Of a stretch of DNA of 62,091 nucleotides, positions 18,326 through 27,632 are shown one piece after another. The notes under the pieces are model-generated. The model saw only the letters and a program-made list of their open reading frames with translations. It was not told the DNA's origin and ran no database searches. The position numbers and the translations under genes were made by a program. Source of the DNA: a virus (taxonomy: Duplodnaviria > Caudoviricetes); the IMG/VR virus record IMGVR_UViG_3300031228_000005, positions 1 to 62,091 of that record; one strand, 5' to 3'. Each line of letters opens with the position of its first letter. Within the stretch, counting starts at the first letter, position 1.

Positions 18326-19156
18326 GTGAGTACCGAGTGCTATGAGATGGTTCGGGGCTCGGCCATCCGGGTTACTGAACTCGGTCGCCGGGGGCAGGTT
18401 CTGGACTCCATCCGCTACGCAACCTCCAAGGCGGTCGCCAAGGTCACGATCAACGAGGTGACCGAGACCGCCAAGAACGAGATCCTTCGCAACCCGGAGG
18501 AGGAGAAGCGCCTGCGCTTCGTTAGGTCTGCGCAGACGATCCGGTACACCGCTGGCATCGAGTTCCTTCGTGTGGACCCCGGAGTGCTTGGTCTCGTGGC
18601 CGGGGTGTCGCAGACTTCGAAGGGGGCGGCGGGCTTTGGAGAGGGTGCCTTCGGAGAGTTCCCGTTCGGTGATGGCATCGAAGGTACGGCGATCGGCTTC
18701 GACTCTGGCACCCGGCTTCCTACTACTGCCTTCGCGTTGGAGGTCTGGTCCAAACTGGCTGGGCAGCGGTGTGTGGATGGCAGCCCTATGTGGGGCTACA
18801 CCCTGTTCCCCTACCTACGGGGCGGTCGCTTGGGGGGATTCAAGTTCCACAACGGGCGCATATCCTTCAATCTCGTGGGCGCACAGACCCGGCGAGCGTC
18901 GCGGTGGGGTGTGGGGCCGTACGATCTTGGAGGCTCGTTCGAGCGGCTGATCGAGCCGGTTTCCAGAAACACGTCATGGAAGACGTTCATGACCCCCGCT
19001 GCACCACCAGCGGAGGTGTGTGGAATTCAAGAGACCGTCGATGTGCTGGACAATGGCACGGCGGCAGACCCGATGCCCCCGCCGAGTACGCTGCTCAGTG
19101 TGGATGGCGGCGGTGCAGTGACAGGATCATTCATCATCGACGGAGGACGAGCATGA
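18326..19156 (+). CDS. Major tail (tube) protein paralog
   Basis: Aligns by eye with 23346 ORF: MSTECY.VRGS.IRVT, FALE.WS, WGYT.FP.L.GGRLGGF, WGVGPYD. Confidence 0.8.
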   Translation: MSTECYEMVRGSAIRVTELGRRGQVLDSIRYATSKAVAKVTINEVTETAKNEILRNPEEEKRLRFVRSAQTIRYTAGIEFLRVDPGVLGLVAGVSQTSKGAAGFGEGAFGEFPFGDGIEGTAIGFDSGTRLPTTAFALEVWSKLAGQRCVDGSPMWGYTLFPYLRGGRLGGFKFHNGRISFNLVGAQTRRASRWGVGPYDLGGSFERLIEPVSRNTSWKTFMTPAAPPAEVCGIQETVDVLDNGTAADPMPPPSTLLSVDGGGAVTGSFIIDGGRA

Positions 19157-20124
19157 CGCACATCCAGCAACGACGAGACGACTCCGCTGTCTGGACCTCT
19201 GAGGACCCTGTGCTGTTCGAGGGCGAGGCCGGTCACGAGACGGACACTGGCAAGTGGAAGATGGGCGACGGCGTCACCGCGTGGACGGCCCTGCCGTACA
19301 AGAACGGCGTCGACTCCATCGACGGCGAGGTTGGTGTGGTCACGGGCTTCGCCAAGTTGGCGAGCCCAGCGTTCACCGGCAACCCCACCGCGCCCACCCC
19401 CTCCGCCGCTGACAACGACACATCCATCGCCACTACAGCGTTTGTTCAGGCGCAGAAGGCGAGTCCGGTTTTCACAGGCAACCCAACAGCCCCGACCCCG
19501 GCCACATCGGATGATGACACGTCCATCGCAACCACTGAGTATGTGCAGAATCAGATTGGGAGCGGTACCCGGCTCGACCCTGTCGCCACCCCCACCGTCG
19601 TTGACTACGACACTCTTACGTCGTCCGGTTGGTACTCCTTGGCCTCCGGGTCCGCCAACTCCCCGGACGGCGCGGTGTCGCACTACCTAGAGGTTCGCGC
19701 GTACAACGCCACGTACGTCGAGCAAACTGCCCGTGCTACGACTGCGGGGGATCAGTACCGGCGCACAATGGTTGCCGGGGTGTGGGGTGCGTGGATCTCC
19801 ATGGGCACCCCGTTCCCCGAAAGTGATGCGGGTTTCATAGGTGCTCCGAACGTGACCTCCACGGAGGGGCGGGTCTACCGGAGAGATGGGCAGGCTACCT
19901 TGCACATCGAGTTCACCACTACCGCCGCTATCTCGGCTGGGACGACACTGTTCACAGTCCCCAGTGGGTACCGACCACCCAAACGAATATTCCCGCTTGT
20001 CATGGGGGCGGGTGTGATTTACCTCGTGCAGATCAACACCGCCGGGGTGGCTGCCCTTGCCGGGGGCGCGCTTTCTAGTGGTGTTCAGCACCTAGGTTCT
20101 GTTTCTTACCGGCATGTGTTGTAA
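19153..20124 (+). CDS. Fibre/receptor-binding protein (Mtd_N-like N-terminus, GNPTAPT repeats, knob-like domain)
   Basis: IQQRRD...W...PVL.EGE.G.ETDTGK.K.GDG..W..LPY; two FTGNPTAPTP..DTSIATT repeats; TLFTVPSGYRP. Confidence 0.8.
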   Translation: MTHIQQRRDDSAVWTSEDPVLFEGEAGHETDTGKWKMGDGVTAWTALPYKNGVDSIDGEVGVVTGFAKLASPAFTGNPTAPTPSAADNDTSIATTAFVQAQKASPVFTGNPTAPTPATSDDDTSIATTEYVQNQIGSGTRLDPVATPTVVDYDTLTSSGWYSLASGSANSPDGAVSHYLEVRAYNATYVEQTARATTAGDQYRRTMVAGVWGAWISMGTPFPESDAGFIGAPNVTSTEGRVYRRDGQATLHIEFTTTAAISAGTTLFTVPSGYRPPKRIFPLVMGAGVIYLVQINTAGVAALAGGALSSGVQHLGSVSYRHVL

Positions 20125-20155
20125 GACCCTGCCCTAGCGGGTTTCCAGAAACGTG

Positions 20156-20164
20156 TGCTACATT
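20156..20164 (+). promoter_or_regulatory. Extended -10 promoter for major capsid gene
   Basis: TGcTACATT, 3 bp downstream of the 12-bp motif at 20141-20152. Confidence 0.6.
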
Positions 20165-20256
20165 CTCGCGTGTAGGTAGCCTAGGTGCCCTCGACCACGC
20201 AACACCGTGTACTTCATCCAGTCCAGAACACACAAGGTCAGAAGGGACCACCTACC

Positions 20257-22098
20257 GTGAAGATCAAGTTCTCCACTCTCTCCGATGAGGAGCGCGCCAC
20301 CCAGTTCGCCGGGATGGACAACGACGCACTCACCGCCAGCATCACCGAGGCCCGCACCGAGGCCGCAGCGCTGTTCGCGCTCGACGCCCCGACCATCGAG
20401 CAGGTCAACGAGGCCGAGGCGCTGGTCGCCTCCATCGGCCTCATCGAGGCCGAGCAGACCACCCGCGCCGCCGCCGTCAAGGAGGCAGCCGACCGGTTCG
20501 CCGCCGCCAAGGCCACGTTCGCCGACAACCCCTTCGAGAAGAAGAAGGACGAGGACGACGAGGAGGTCGAGGCCAGCGTCGAGTCCGAGGAGTCCGAGGA
20601 GGGTGACGACGCCGAGTCCGAGGGCGACGCCGCCGAGTCCGAGGGCGACGCCGCCGAGGAGGGTGAGGGTGAGGCCGTGGTGACCGCCGCGAGCGTCAAC
20701 CACACGACCTCGCAGAAGGTCACCGCCGCGTCCAAGGTCGGTCGCAAGGCCAAGCGCCCCAACGTGGCCGCAGCGCAGGATGTCGTCATCACGGCAGCCG
20801 CCGACGTGGAGGGCTTCTCCACCGGGCAGTCGCTCACGGGCATGGGTCAGGTGGCCGAGGCCGTCCTCGCTCGCGTCAAGGGCTTCCCCAAGTTCAACGC
20901 CCGCGCCGCCGAGATGAACCACGAGCAGTCGGGTGGCGCTCCGGTGCTGTCCAAGTTCGGGGCCGCGTCCTTCGGCGTTCAGATCGACGCCGCTCTCACC
21001 GCCTCGAAGCGCGGCGCGGTGGACGAGGACCACTCGGCGGTCAAGGAGTCCGTGAAGCGCCACGTCGAGCGCGTCACGGCCAGCCTCAGCACGTCGGGTC
21101 AGCCCGCCGTCCAGACCGCCGCGATGGCGTGGTGCTCGCCGTCCGAGGTCGTCTACAACTGGATCGCGGACTTCGTGGTCGACGGTCTGTGGGACGCCCC
21201 CGAGGTCGCCGCCCCGCGTGGTGGTCTGATGATGACCGAGGGTCCGCGCCTGTTGCAGACCACGTACGCCGAGGACGCCGTGGACGACTTCGGCTTCGGC
21301 GGCACCGAGGCCGAGATGGAGGCGGGCTACGTCAAGACCTGCGAGACCATCGAGTGCCCGGACTTCGTGGACCACCGTCTCGACTTCGACGGCTACTGCT
21401 GGAAGATCCCGATTCTCACCGAGACCACGTTCCCCGAACTGGTCGCGGACGCACTGCGGGTCTCGGACGTGGCCTACGCCCACAAGATGAACCGTCGGTT
21501 CATCAACGACGTGATCGCGGGTTCGACCGCCATCAATGCCACGAACGCGCTCGGCGGGTCCATGCAGGACACGCTGGAAGCGTTCACGCAGGTCGCGATC
21601 AAGGAGCGTCGCTGGTGGAACGTCGGCGTCAACGCCGTCATGGAGGTCAAGTTGCCGCAGGAGGCGCTGGACATCTTCAAGTTCGACATGGCACGTCGCT
21701 CGGGCCTCGCGCTCAACGACATCGCCACCGAGCAGAAGGTCGCGGCCCACTTCGCCAACCACAACCTCGCGGTCCAGTACCTGTCGGACTTCGACCAGCG
21801 CTACGGCGCGGCCACGCCGACCGCTGACTGGCCCGAGACCATCCGGGGTCTCATGTACCCGGCTGGCACGTGGCTCAAGTCGGTGAAGCCGGTCATCAAC
21901 CTGTCGGCTGTCTACGACGCGGCCAGCCTGTCGGAGAACGAGTACACCGGCGTGTTCTTCGAGCAGGGCGTCATGACGATCCGTCGTGGCTACCGCAGCC
22001 ACATTATCGAGGTGCCGGTCTGCGCCTCCGGTCGCACCGGGGCCAACGACCTCACGTGCACCGGGTTCGAGACCCCGGCGTTCGACGGCTCGTTCTGA
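20257..22098 (+). CDS. Major capsid (hexamer-type) protein with N-terminal scaffold-like region
   Basis: Acidic helical N-terminus, AWCSPSEVVY motif, very high GC3 codon bias, flanked by promoter and terminator. Confidence 0.85.
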   Translation: MKIKFSTLSDEERATQFAGMDNDALTASITEARTEAAALFALDAPTIEQVNEAEALVASIGLIEAEQTTRAAAVKEAADRFAAAKATFADNPFEKKKDEDDEEVEASVESEESEEGDDAESEGDAAESEGDAAEEGEGEAVVTAASVNHTTSQKVTAASKVGRKAKRPNVAAAQDVVITAAADVEGFSTGQSLTGMGQVAEAVLARVKGFPKFNARAAEMNHEQSGGAPVLSKFGAASFGVQIDAALTASKRGAVDEDHSAVKESVKRHVERVTASLSTSGQPAVQTAAMAWCSPSEVVYNWIADFVVDGLWDAPEVAAPRGGLMMTEGPRLLQTTYAEDAVDDFGFGGTEAEMEAGYVKTCETIECPDFVDHRLDFDGYCWKIPILTETTFPELVADALRVSDVAYAHKMNRRFINDVIAGSTAINATNALGGSMQDTLEAFTQVAIKERRWWNVGVNAVMEVKLPQEALDIFKFDMARRSGLALNDIATEQKVAAHFANHNLAVQYLSDFDQRYGAATPTADWPETIRGLMYPAGTWLKSVKPVINLSAVYDAASLSENEYTGVFFEQGVMTIRRGYRSHIIEVPVCASGRTGANDLTCTGFETPAFDGSF

Positions 22099-22104
22099 TC
22101 CAGT

Positions 22105-22141
22105 GGGGCTGGGTTTCTGGAAACCCCGGAGACCCAGCCCC
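22105..22141 (+). terminator. Hairpin terminator after capsid gene, built around a 12-bp motif
   Basis: GGGGCTGGGTTTCTGG-AAACC-CCGGAGACCCAGCCCC, 16-bp stem with G-U pairs. Confidence 0.7.
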
Positions 22142-22183
22142 CTCTGAACTAGAGCGAATCAGTGAAACCCACAAGGAGACAAG

Positions 22184-23062
22184 ATGACCGCGCAGATCAT
22201 TGAGGGCACCGAGGTTCGCCGCCCCGAGCCCACCGCACTCATCTCGACTGTGCTGGACCACGCGACCGTCGTGGACAACGCCCGGTTCGGGTACCGCAAC
22301 AACGAGGGCCTGTGGCCCTCCTACAACTGCCTCGACCTGCTCGTGCCCACGCCGACCTGTGCCAAGCCGGTCGCGGAGTTCGAGTTCAAGGACTTCAAGG
22401 TGGCGGGCTGGGTGCCCGGCTTCGAGTTCGGCGTCCATGGTGGCGTCCAGTGCTCGGTCATCGGCCTCGACACCGCTGACCAGAAGTCTGAGGTCGAGCG
22501 GGTGTTCAGCCGCAGCGAGGCCAAGGGCGTCGAGATGGCTCTGCTGCTCAACCGCTTCGTCGCCAACACCGACCCCCTCACCCCGAACAGCCCGTACGAC
22601 GCGCAGTGGGACGCTCCCGTCGATCTCAGTGTGGCGGGTATGAACCTCGCGGGGGCCATGGGCGCGTTGGAGTCCTACGCCGCCGCTGTCTACGCGGGGG
22701 TACCCACGCTGCACATGCCCCGAGGCGCGGTGCTGATCGCCTTCGGGCTGGGGCTGATGGTCGAGCGAGGTGGGAAGTTCTTCACCAAGACCGGGGCCAA
22801 GGTCGCTGCCGGTGGCGGCTATGACGACCCGGACACCCTGCCGGACGGCTCCTACGACATCTACGTGACCGGTGAGGTCTACGTCGAGCGGTCCAAGCGG
22901 CTCTCCTTCCAGACCTACACCCTGCCCGGTGACGGCTCGGGCGTCGGATCGGACGAGAATGGACTGGCCGACAACACCAGCATCGCTCTGGTCGAGCGGC
23001 TGTTCCGCGTCGGTGTCGACTGCTTCGTCGCGAAGGCAACGGGTCAGGTGTGGTCCGCGTGA
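22184..23062 (+). CDS. Minor capsid / capsid pentamer-type protein
   Basis: Directly follows the major capsid as in cluster B-like actinophages; PTLHMPRG, TKTGAKVAAGGGY, YVTGEV. Confidence 0.6.
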   Translation: MTAQIIEGTEVRRPEPTALISTVLDHATVVDNARFGYRNNEGLWPSYNCLDLLVPTPTCAKPVAEFEFKDFKVAGWVPGFEFGVHGGVQCSVIGLDTADQKSEVERVFSRSEAKGVEMALLLNRFVANTDPLTPNSPYDAQWDAPVDLSVAGMNLAGAMGALESYAAAVYAGVPTLHMPRGAVLIAFGLGLMVERGGKFFTKTGAKVAAGGGYDDPDTLPDGSYDIYVTGEVYVERSKRLSFQTYTLPGDGSGVGSDENGLADNTSIALVERLFRVGVDCFVAKATGQVWSA

Positions 23063-23343
23063 TTGAGCACAAAATCTTCGTCCAGAACGACGCGGCGGGC
23101 TCCCGCAAGGAGACCGCGACGCTGCTCGTGGGTACCGCTCGCGAGTTCGGCATCCACCAGCGCTCCATCAAGTCCACGTACAGCGGCTTCTGGATCACAG
23201 AGGAACTGGCGACCGTGCTCTACGATGAGAGCGAGCCCGAGCCCGAACCTGAGCCCGAGCCTGAGCCTGCGAAGGCTACCAAGAAGACTTCCGGCAAACG
23301 GGCCGCGAAGACCACCGGCACCAGCCGTACAGAACAGGAGTAA
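23059..23343 (+). CDS. Small virion-region protein with PE repeat and basic tail
   Basis: EPEPEPEPEPEPAKATKK. Confidence 0.7.
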   Translation: MIEHKIFVQNDAAGSRKETATLLVGTAREFGIHQRSIKSTYSGFWITEELATVLYDESEPEPEPEPEPEPAKATKKTSGKRAAKTTGTSRTEQE

Positions 23344-23345
23344 GC

Positions 23346-24038
23346 ATGTCCACCGAATGTTACGCGCAGGTCCGGGGAAGCGTCATCCGCGTCACCCGGC
23401 TCGATTCCTGCGGAGACCCCGACCCCGGCTCGTCCGCCGTGGTCGTGTCCAAGCGCATCTCCACCGTCACCATCGAGGAGGTGACCGACGACGGCACCAA
23501 CGTCCGTGAGCGCAACTTCGCGGACGAGTTGTGCATCGTGGATGACGCCTTCACGTCGGTCATCGGCTACACCGCCGACATCGCCCTCTGCGGCGTCGAC
23601 CCCGGCCTGATCTCGCTCCTGACGGGTCAGCCGACCGTCACGAACGCGGCGGGCGACATCGTCGGCTTCGATGCCAACACCGGCATCGACCTCGACTCGT
23701 TCGGGTTCGCGCTGGAAATCTGGTCCCGCATCGCGGGCTCGGCGTGTGACCCGTCCGGCAACCGCAAGTGGGGTTACACCCCCTTCCCGTTCCTCAAGGG
23801 TGGTCGCCTCGGCGGCTTCTCCTTCGAGAACGGTGCGGTGCAGTTCACCATCTCGGGTGCTCAGACCCGCGACGGCAACGGCTGGGGCGTCGGCCCGTAC
23901 GACGTGGACCGTGACGAGTTGGGCGACCCCGCCCCGCTGCACACGCCGCTCGATGTCAACACGCACTACCGCAACATCGTCGTCTCGCTCGACCCGCCCG
24001 AGGCGTCCTGTGGGGCCTTCGCGCTGGCCTCGGCCTGA
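23346..24038 (+). CDS. Major tail (tube) protein
   Basis: IRVTRLDSCG, LCGVDP, WGVGPYDV; strong codon bias; followed by terminator. Confidence 0.85.
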   Translation: MSTECYAQVRGSVIRVTRLDSCGDPDPGSSAVVVSKRISTVTIEEVTDDGTNVRERNFADELCIVDDAFTSVIGYTADIALCGVDPGLISLLTGQPTVTNAAGDIVGFDANTGIDLDSFGFALEIWSRIAGSACDPSGNRKWGYTPFPFLKGGRLGGFSFENGAVQFTISGAQTRDGNGWGVGPYDVDRDELGDPAPLHTPLDVNTHYRNIVVSLDPPEASCGAFALASA

Positions 24039-24052
24039 CGCACGAGACCTAT

Positions 24053-24088
24053 CACGTGGGCCGCTCGGTTCTCCGGGTGGCCCACGTG
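24053..24088 (+). terminator. Hairpin terminator after major tail gene
   Basis: CACGTGGGCCGCTCGG-TTCT-CCGGGTGGCCCACGTG. Confidence 0.7.
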
Positions 24089-24130
24089 TCGGTCAGACAG
24101 AGTTTCCAGAAACCTGAGGAGATGTAGAGC

Positions 24131-24841
24131 ATGGGTACGTGGCCGGTACGAGGGCAGCAGAACCCCAACTTCTGGGACGACCAGTTGCGGGAGTACATCG
24201 ATGATGTTGATGCCAGCAAGGCCCCGCTTGATTCTCCTGTCTTCACGGGCAACCCCACCGCGCCAACACCAACCACCCTTGACGACGACACGAGCATCGC
24301 CACGACGGCCTTCGTGAGGGATCAGGGCTACGCCACCGAAACCTTCGTTACAGATGTTGTAGACGACTACGCACCACTGGCAAGCCCAGCGCTGACGGGC
24401 AACCCCACCGCGCCGACCCCGGACGTCGCTGACGACGACACGAGCATCGCCACGACTGCGTTTGTCAAGGACGCTATTGGCGGAAGTGCTATCGGCGGTG
24501 TGTGGGCGACTTGGGTTCCAACTATCACAGCCTCCTCGGGTACGTTCACCACGGTCAGTGGTGCGGGTCGGTATACCGTAATTGGGAAGATGCTTTTCTG
24601 GACATGCCAGATCGACATGACCACCATTGGGACCGCGAGTGGGGCGGTATTCATGACTCTCCCGATGGATGCCCGAGCAACGGTCACCCTCGTCGGTACT
24701 GGTCGAAGCCTCAACACCGGGGCGACTCTGAACGCCAAGAACGACACCTTCGACAAGGCCACCATCTTCAAATACGACTTGACTTCGGCCATCGGCGCGG
24801 GGCACTCCCTCATCCTGAGTGGCTTCTACGAACTTCCTTGA
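24131..24841 (+). CDS. Second fibre-like protein with GNPTAPT repeats
   Basis: Two SP..TGNPTAPTP..DDDTSIATTAFV repeats; C-terminal W.P...GRYTVIGK beta domain. Confidence 0.75.
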   Translation: MGTWPVRGQQNPNFWDDQLREYIDDVDASKAPLDSPVFTGNPTAPTPTTLDDDTSIATTAFVRDQGYATETFVTDVVDDYAPLASPALTGNPTAPTPDVADDDTSIATTAFVKDAIGGSAIGGVWATWVPTITASSGTFTTVSGAGRYTVIGKMLFWTCQIDMTTIGTASGAVFMTLPMDARATVTLVGTGRSLNTGATLNAKNDTFDKATIFKYDLTSAIGAGHSLILSGFYELP

Positions 24842-24889
24842 GGTATCGTGTGACGTAACACGAGTTTCCAGAAACGACAGGAGAGCAAC

Positions 24890-26161
24890 ATGAGCGTGCT
24901 CACGCTTGCAGGCAAACCGATCGACTGGGCGAACCCGCCCAAGGCTACGGACAAGGTGCTGTGGTCGCGCAAGACCACGTCAGGCAAGGCTGTCATCGGA
25001 TCGCTGCGCACCATCGCACACCTCGACCGGCTCGACAGCCTCGCCTTCAAGAAGTACGGCGTGCACATCGATGTCATGCAGGGGCCGTTCAACACGTCAG
25101 TCTCGGCCAGCGCAGGCACGCATGACTTCGACGCCTGCCTCGACGTTCGCATCCCTGGTGTCGACTGGATGGAGCAGCAGAGGTTCTTCCGGGCCAACGG
25201 CGCGGGTGCCTACGCTCGCACGGCGGCGCAGGGGTTCACTCCGCACATCCACTACTTCACCCTCCCAGAGCGCGAGGGAGCCGATGTGAGCGACGACTAC
25301 CGCTCGGGTGGGTTCAGGGTCGGTAAGTACGTGGACGGCGGTTGGAGCACACTCGGAGCACGTGCGGCGTCCTCTCAGATCGAGGACTACTACCTGCACA
25401 AGACTGCTTTGGCCGGTCACGCGCACGATCCGTCGTGGTTCCCTGCCAGCATCGCGGCCTCGATCTTCGACCTTGAGGCGTACATCGCGCGTCAGAGGAA
25501 GGCCACCGCGCCGAAGCCGACAGACAAGCGTCTCGTCGTCCAGACCACGAACATCGAGGGTATGAAGAAGCCCCCTCTCGGTGAGGGGCTGGCAGAGATC
25601 CAGCCCGACGTGGCCGTGCTGCAACAGGCGGCACAGTCCGGTGCGCACCTTGGCAGGTTCGGTAAGTACAAGGTGTATGGCTTCCGGGGCAGCGCAGAAG
25701 CCCGAGGGGTCAAGGCTCTGGTTTCCAGAAACAGCAAGGTTGTCCGCGTGCGTCGTCTCCGCATGACCTTGTCGTGGATCGGACCCAAGGCCTCTCGCGC
25801 TCACACACCAAGGGTCTTCCAAGCGATTCAGGTGCGGACCCCGTTCTGGGTGTGGGTCGTCAACGTCCACTTCCCCACGGGAGGCCCGGACGGACCCAAC
25901 GCCAAGGCGTGGGCCGAGTCGTGGCGGCGAACGGTCAAGTTCCTCAAGAAGCGCCGAGGTGTCGTCATCGGTGACTTCAACGCTACGGCTGTCCAGTTGC
26001 GCCCCCTGTGTGAGGCAGAGGGCTTCGAGTTGACCATGCTCGGCAAGGTCGATCACGCCGTCTCGAATCGGCTGCACCGTGTCAAGAAGCAGTCTGTCCC
26101 CGGTAGGCCGACCCGTGCGCACGGCTGGGGTGCCGTCACATACGCGCCCCTCAAGAAGTAG
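24890..26161 (+). CDS. Endolysin: Zn-peptidase (M15-like) + EEP-fold domain
   Basis: SAGTHD..CLD and PHIH metal motifs; C-terminal TTNI, PDVAVLQQ, VNVHF, IGDFN, KVDH; precedes holin. Confidence 0.75.
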   Translation: MSVLTLAGKPIDWANPPKATDKVLWSRKTTSGKAVIGSLRTIAHLDRLDSLAFKKYGVHIDVMQGPFNTSVSASAGTHDFDACLDVRIPGVDWMEQQRFFRANGAGAYARTAAQGFTPHIHYFTLPEREGADVSDDYRSGGFRVGKYVDGGWSTLGARAASSQIEDYYLHKTALAGHAHDPSWFPASIAASIFDLEAYIARQRKATAPKPTDKRLVVQTTNIEGMKKPPLGEGLAEIQPDVAVLQQAAQSGAHLGRFGKYKVYGFRGSAEARGVKALVSRNSKVVRVRRLRMTLSWIGPKASRAHTPRVFQAIQVRTPFWVWVVNVHFPTGGPDGPNAKAWAESWRRTVKFLKKRRGVVIGDFNATAVQLRPLCEAEGFELTMLGKVDHAVSNRLHRVKKQSVPGRPTRAHGWGAVTYAPLKK

Positions 26162-26190
26162 TTTCCAGAAACACCGACAAGGAGAACACG

Positions 26191-26469
26191 ATGAACACAC
26201 GCACCGTCACCAGCAAGAGCAACCCGCTGGCCTACCTCAAGGCCATCGCCACGTTGATCGGCACCATCGCTACCGCCCTGCTCGGCGTCTACACCGCCGA
26301 CACGGAGATCGGGAAGGTGCTGACCATCGTCGCCATCATCGCCACCGCCGTTGCCACGTGGGTCGTCCCCAACGCTGACGTGGTGCCGAAGGACGATGGC
26401 CTGTCGTACGAGGAGGCCGGGGGCAATCCGTACCCCTCCGACGAGCCCCGGAATGACTACGGCTACTGA
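26191..26469 (+). CDS. Holin
   Basis: Two TM segments, KAIA...WVVPN pattern, follows lysin. Confidence 0.75.
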   Translation: MNTRTVTSKSNPLAYLKAIATLIGTIATALLGVYTADTEIGKVLTIVAIIATAVATWVVPNADVVPKDDGLSYEEAGGNPYPSDEPRNDYGY

Positions 26470-26521
26470 TCGTCGGCTACCCTAGGGTAGATAGCGCGCT
26501 GATCGTGGAGAGGGTTTCAAG

Positions 26522-27298
26522 ATGACATGCACATGGGAGCCGGACCCGGCTTGCCTGAGCGACGCTTGGGCCGCGTACGACTTGGAGGACCAAGAGCGAG
26601 CACTGATGCTGGCTACGTCATCCTTGCAGACGCTCACGTACGGGAGGGTGGGTACCTGCCCCATCACGATCCGCCCGTGCCCGGAGACCCCCCGTTGCGG
26701 ATGTGGTTGGAACCCCCACATCCGCGACGGGCTCTGGTACAACGACTGCCCCTGCAAGGCCAAGTGCAAGCCTCTGTCGGAGATCGACATTCCCGGCCCG
26801 GTCGGCTACATCGACACACTGCTCATCGACGGGGTCGAGCAGGATCTGTGGTCTGGGGACTGGCGACTGGACAACGGTCACCTTCTCGTGTGGCAGGGTG
26901 CGGGCACGAGCCCGATCCCCGAGACGCAGAATCTCAACCTCCCCGACACTGAGCCCGGTACGTGGTCCATCACGTACTCCCGGTCGTACCCGGTCAACGA
27001 TGACGCCAAGTTGGCCGTGGCCTATCTCGCGATGGAGTTCGCCAAGGCGTGTGCCCCCAAGGGCAAGTGCTCTCTGCCGCGCGGCGTCACGAACGTCACG
27101 CGCAACGGTGTGTCGTTCACCATCGAGGCGGGCCTGTGGCCCGGTGGCCTGACCGGCATCGACATCGTGGATCAGTTCATCCTCAAGTGGGCACCGGCTG
27201 GATCTCCGGTGCGTACGGCTGTCGTGTTCGACCCGAGCAAGCGCTCCCCCCGGCGCACGTCTGGTGTCCCTGCTCGGGCCCCTCTCGGATCGGTTTGA
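26522..27298 (+). CDS. Head-to-tail adaptor
   Basis: G.CP.TIRPC, LAMEF.KAC, C.LP.GVT.VTRNGVS motifs typical of actinophage adaptors. Confidence 0.75.
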   Translation: MTCTWEPDPACLSDAWAAYDLEDQERALMLATSSLQTLTYGRVGTCPITIRPCPETPRCGCGWNPHIRDGLWYNDCPCKAKCKPLSEIDIPGPVGYIDTLLIDGVEQDLWSGDWRLDNGHLLVWQGAGTSPIPETQNLNLPDTEPGTWSITYSRSYPVNDDAKLAVAYLAMEFAKACAPKGKCSLPRGVTNVTRNGVSFTIEAGLWPGGLTGIDIVDQFILKWAPAGSPVRTAVVFDPSKRSPRRTSGVPARAPLGSV

Positions 27299-27308
27299 GG
27301 TATCCCCA

Positions 27309-27632
27309 GTGAGTGAACCCACCCTTGGAGAAGTCCTGCGTCGTCTGGACGCCGTCTCGACCACCATGGTCAATCTCGCTGCTGAGATGCGCCAAGACCG
27401 GATGGACACGGCGAAGACCTACGTGCGCAAGGACGTGTACGACAGGGACCACAAGACGCAGACTGACGACATCGAGGATCTACAGATATACAACAAGGAC
27501 AGAGAGAAAAGGGACGCTGACACCCGTCGTCAGTTGGTGTTTCTTTTGCTCGGAATCGCTGTTCCCGCAATCCTTGGACTGCTTCTGGCAGTCAACAACT
27601 TCATAACCACTGCCGGGGGGCAGATTCCATGA
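27309..27632 (+). CDS. Membrane protein
   Basis: EPTLGEVLRRLD coiled coil plus C-terminal TM helix. Confidence 0.7.
   Translation: MSEPTLGEVLRRLDAVSTTMVNLAAEMRQDRMDTAKTYVRKDVYDRDHKTQTDDIEDLQIYNKDREKRDADTRRQLVFLLLGIAVPAILGLLLAVNNFITTAGGQIP

Noticed and set aside
19153-20124. Diversity-generating retroelement suggested by the Mtd_N-like domain
   Set aside because: No reverse transcriptase and no TR/VR pair differing at adenines seen.
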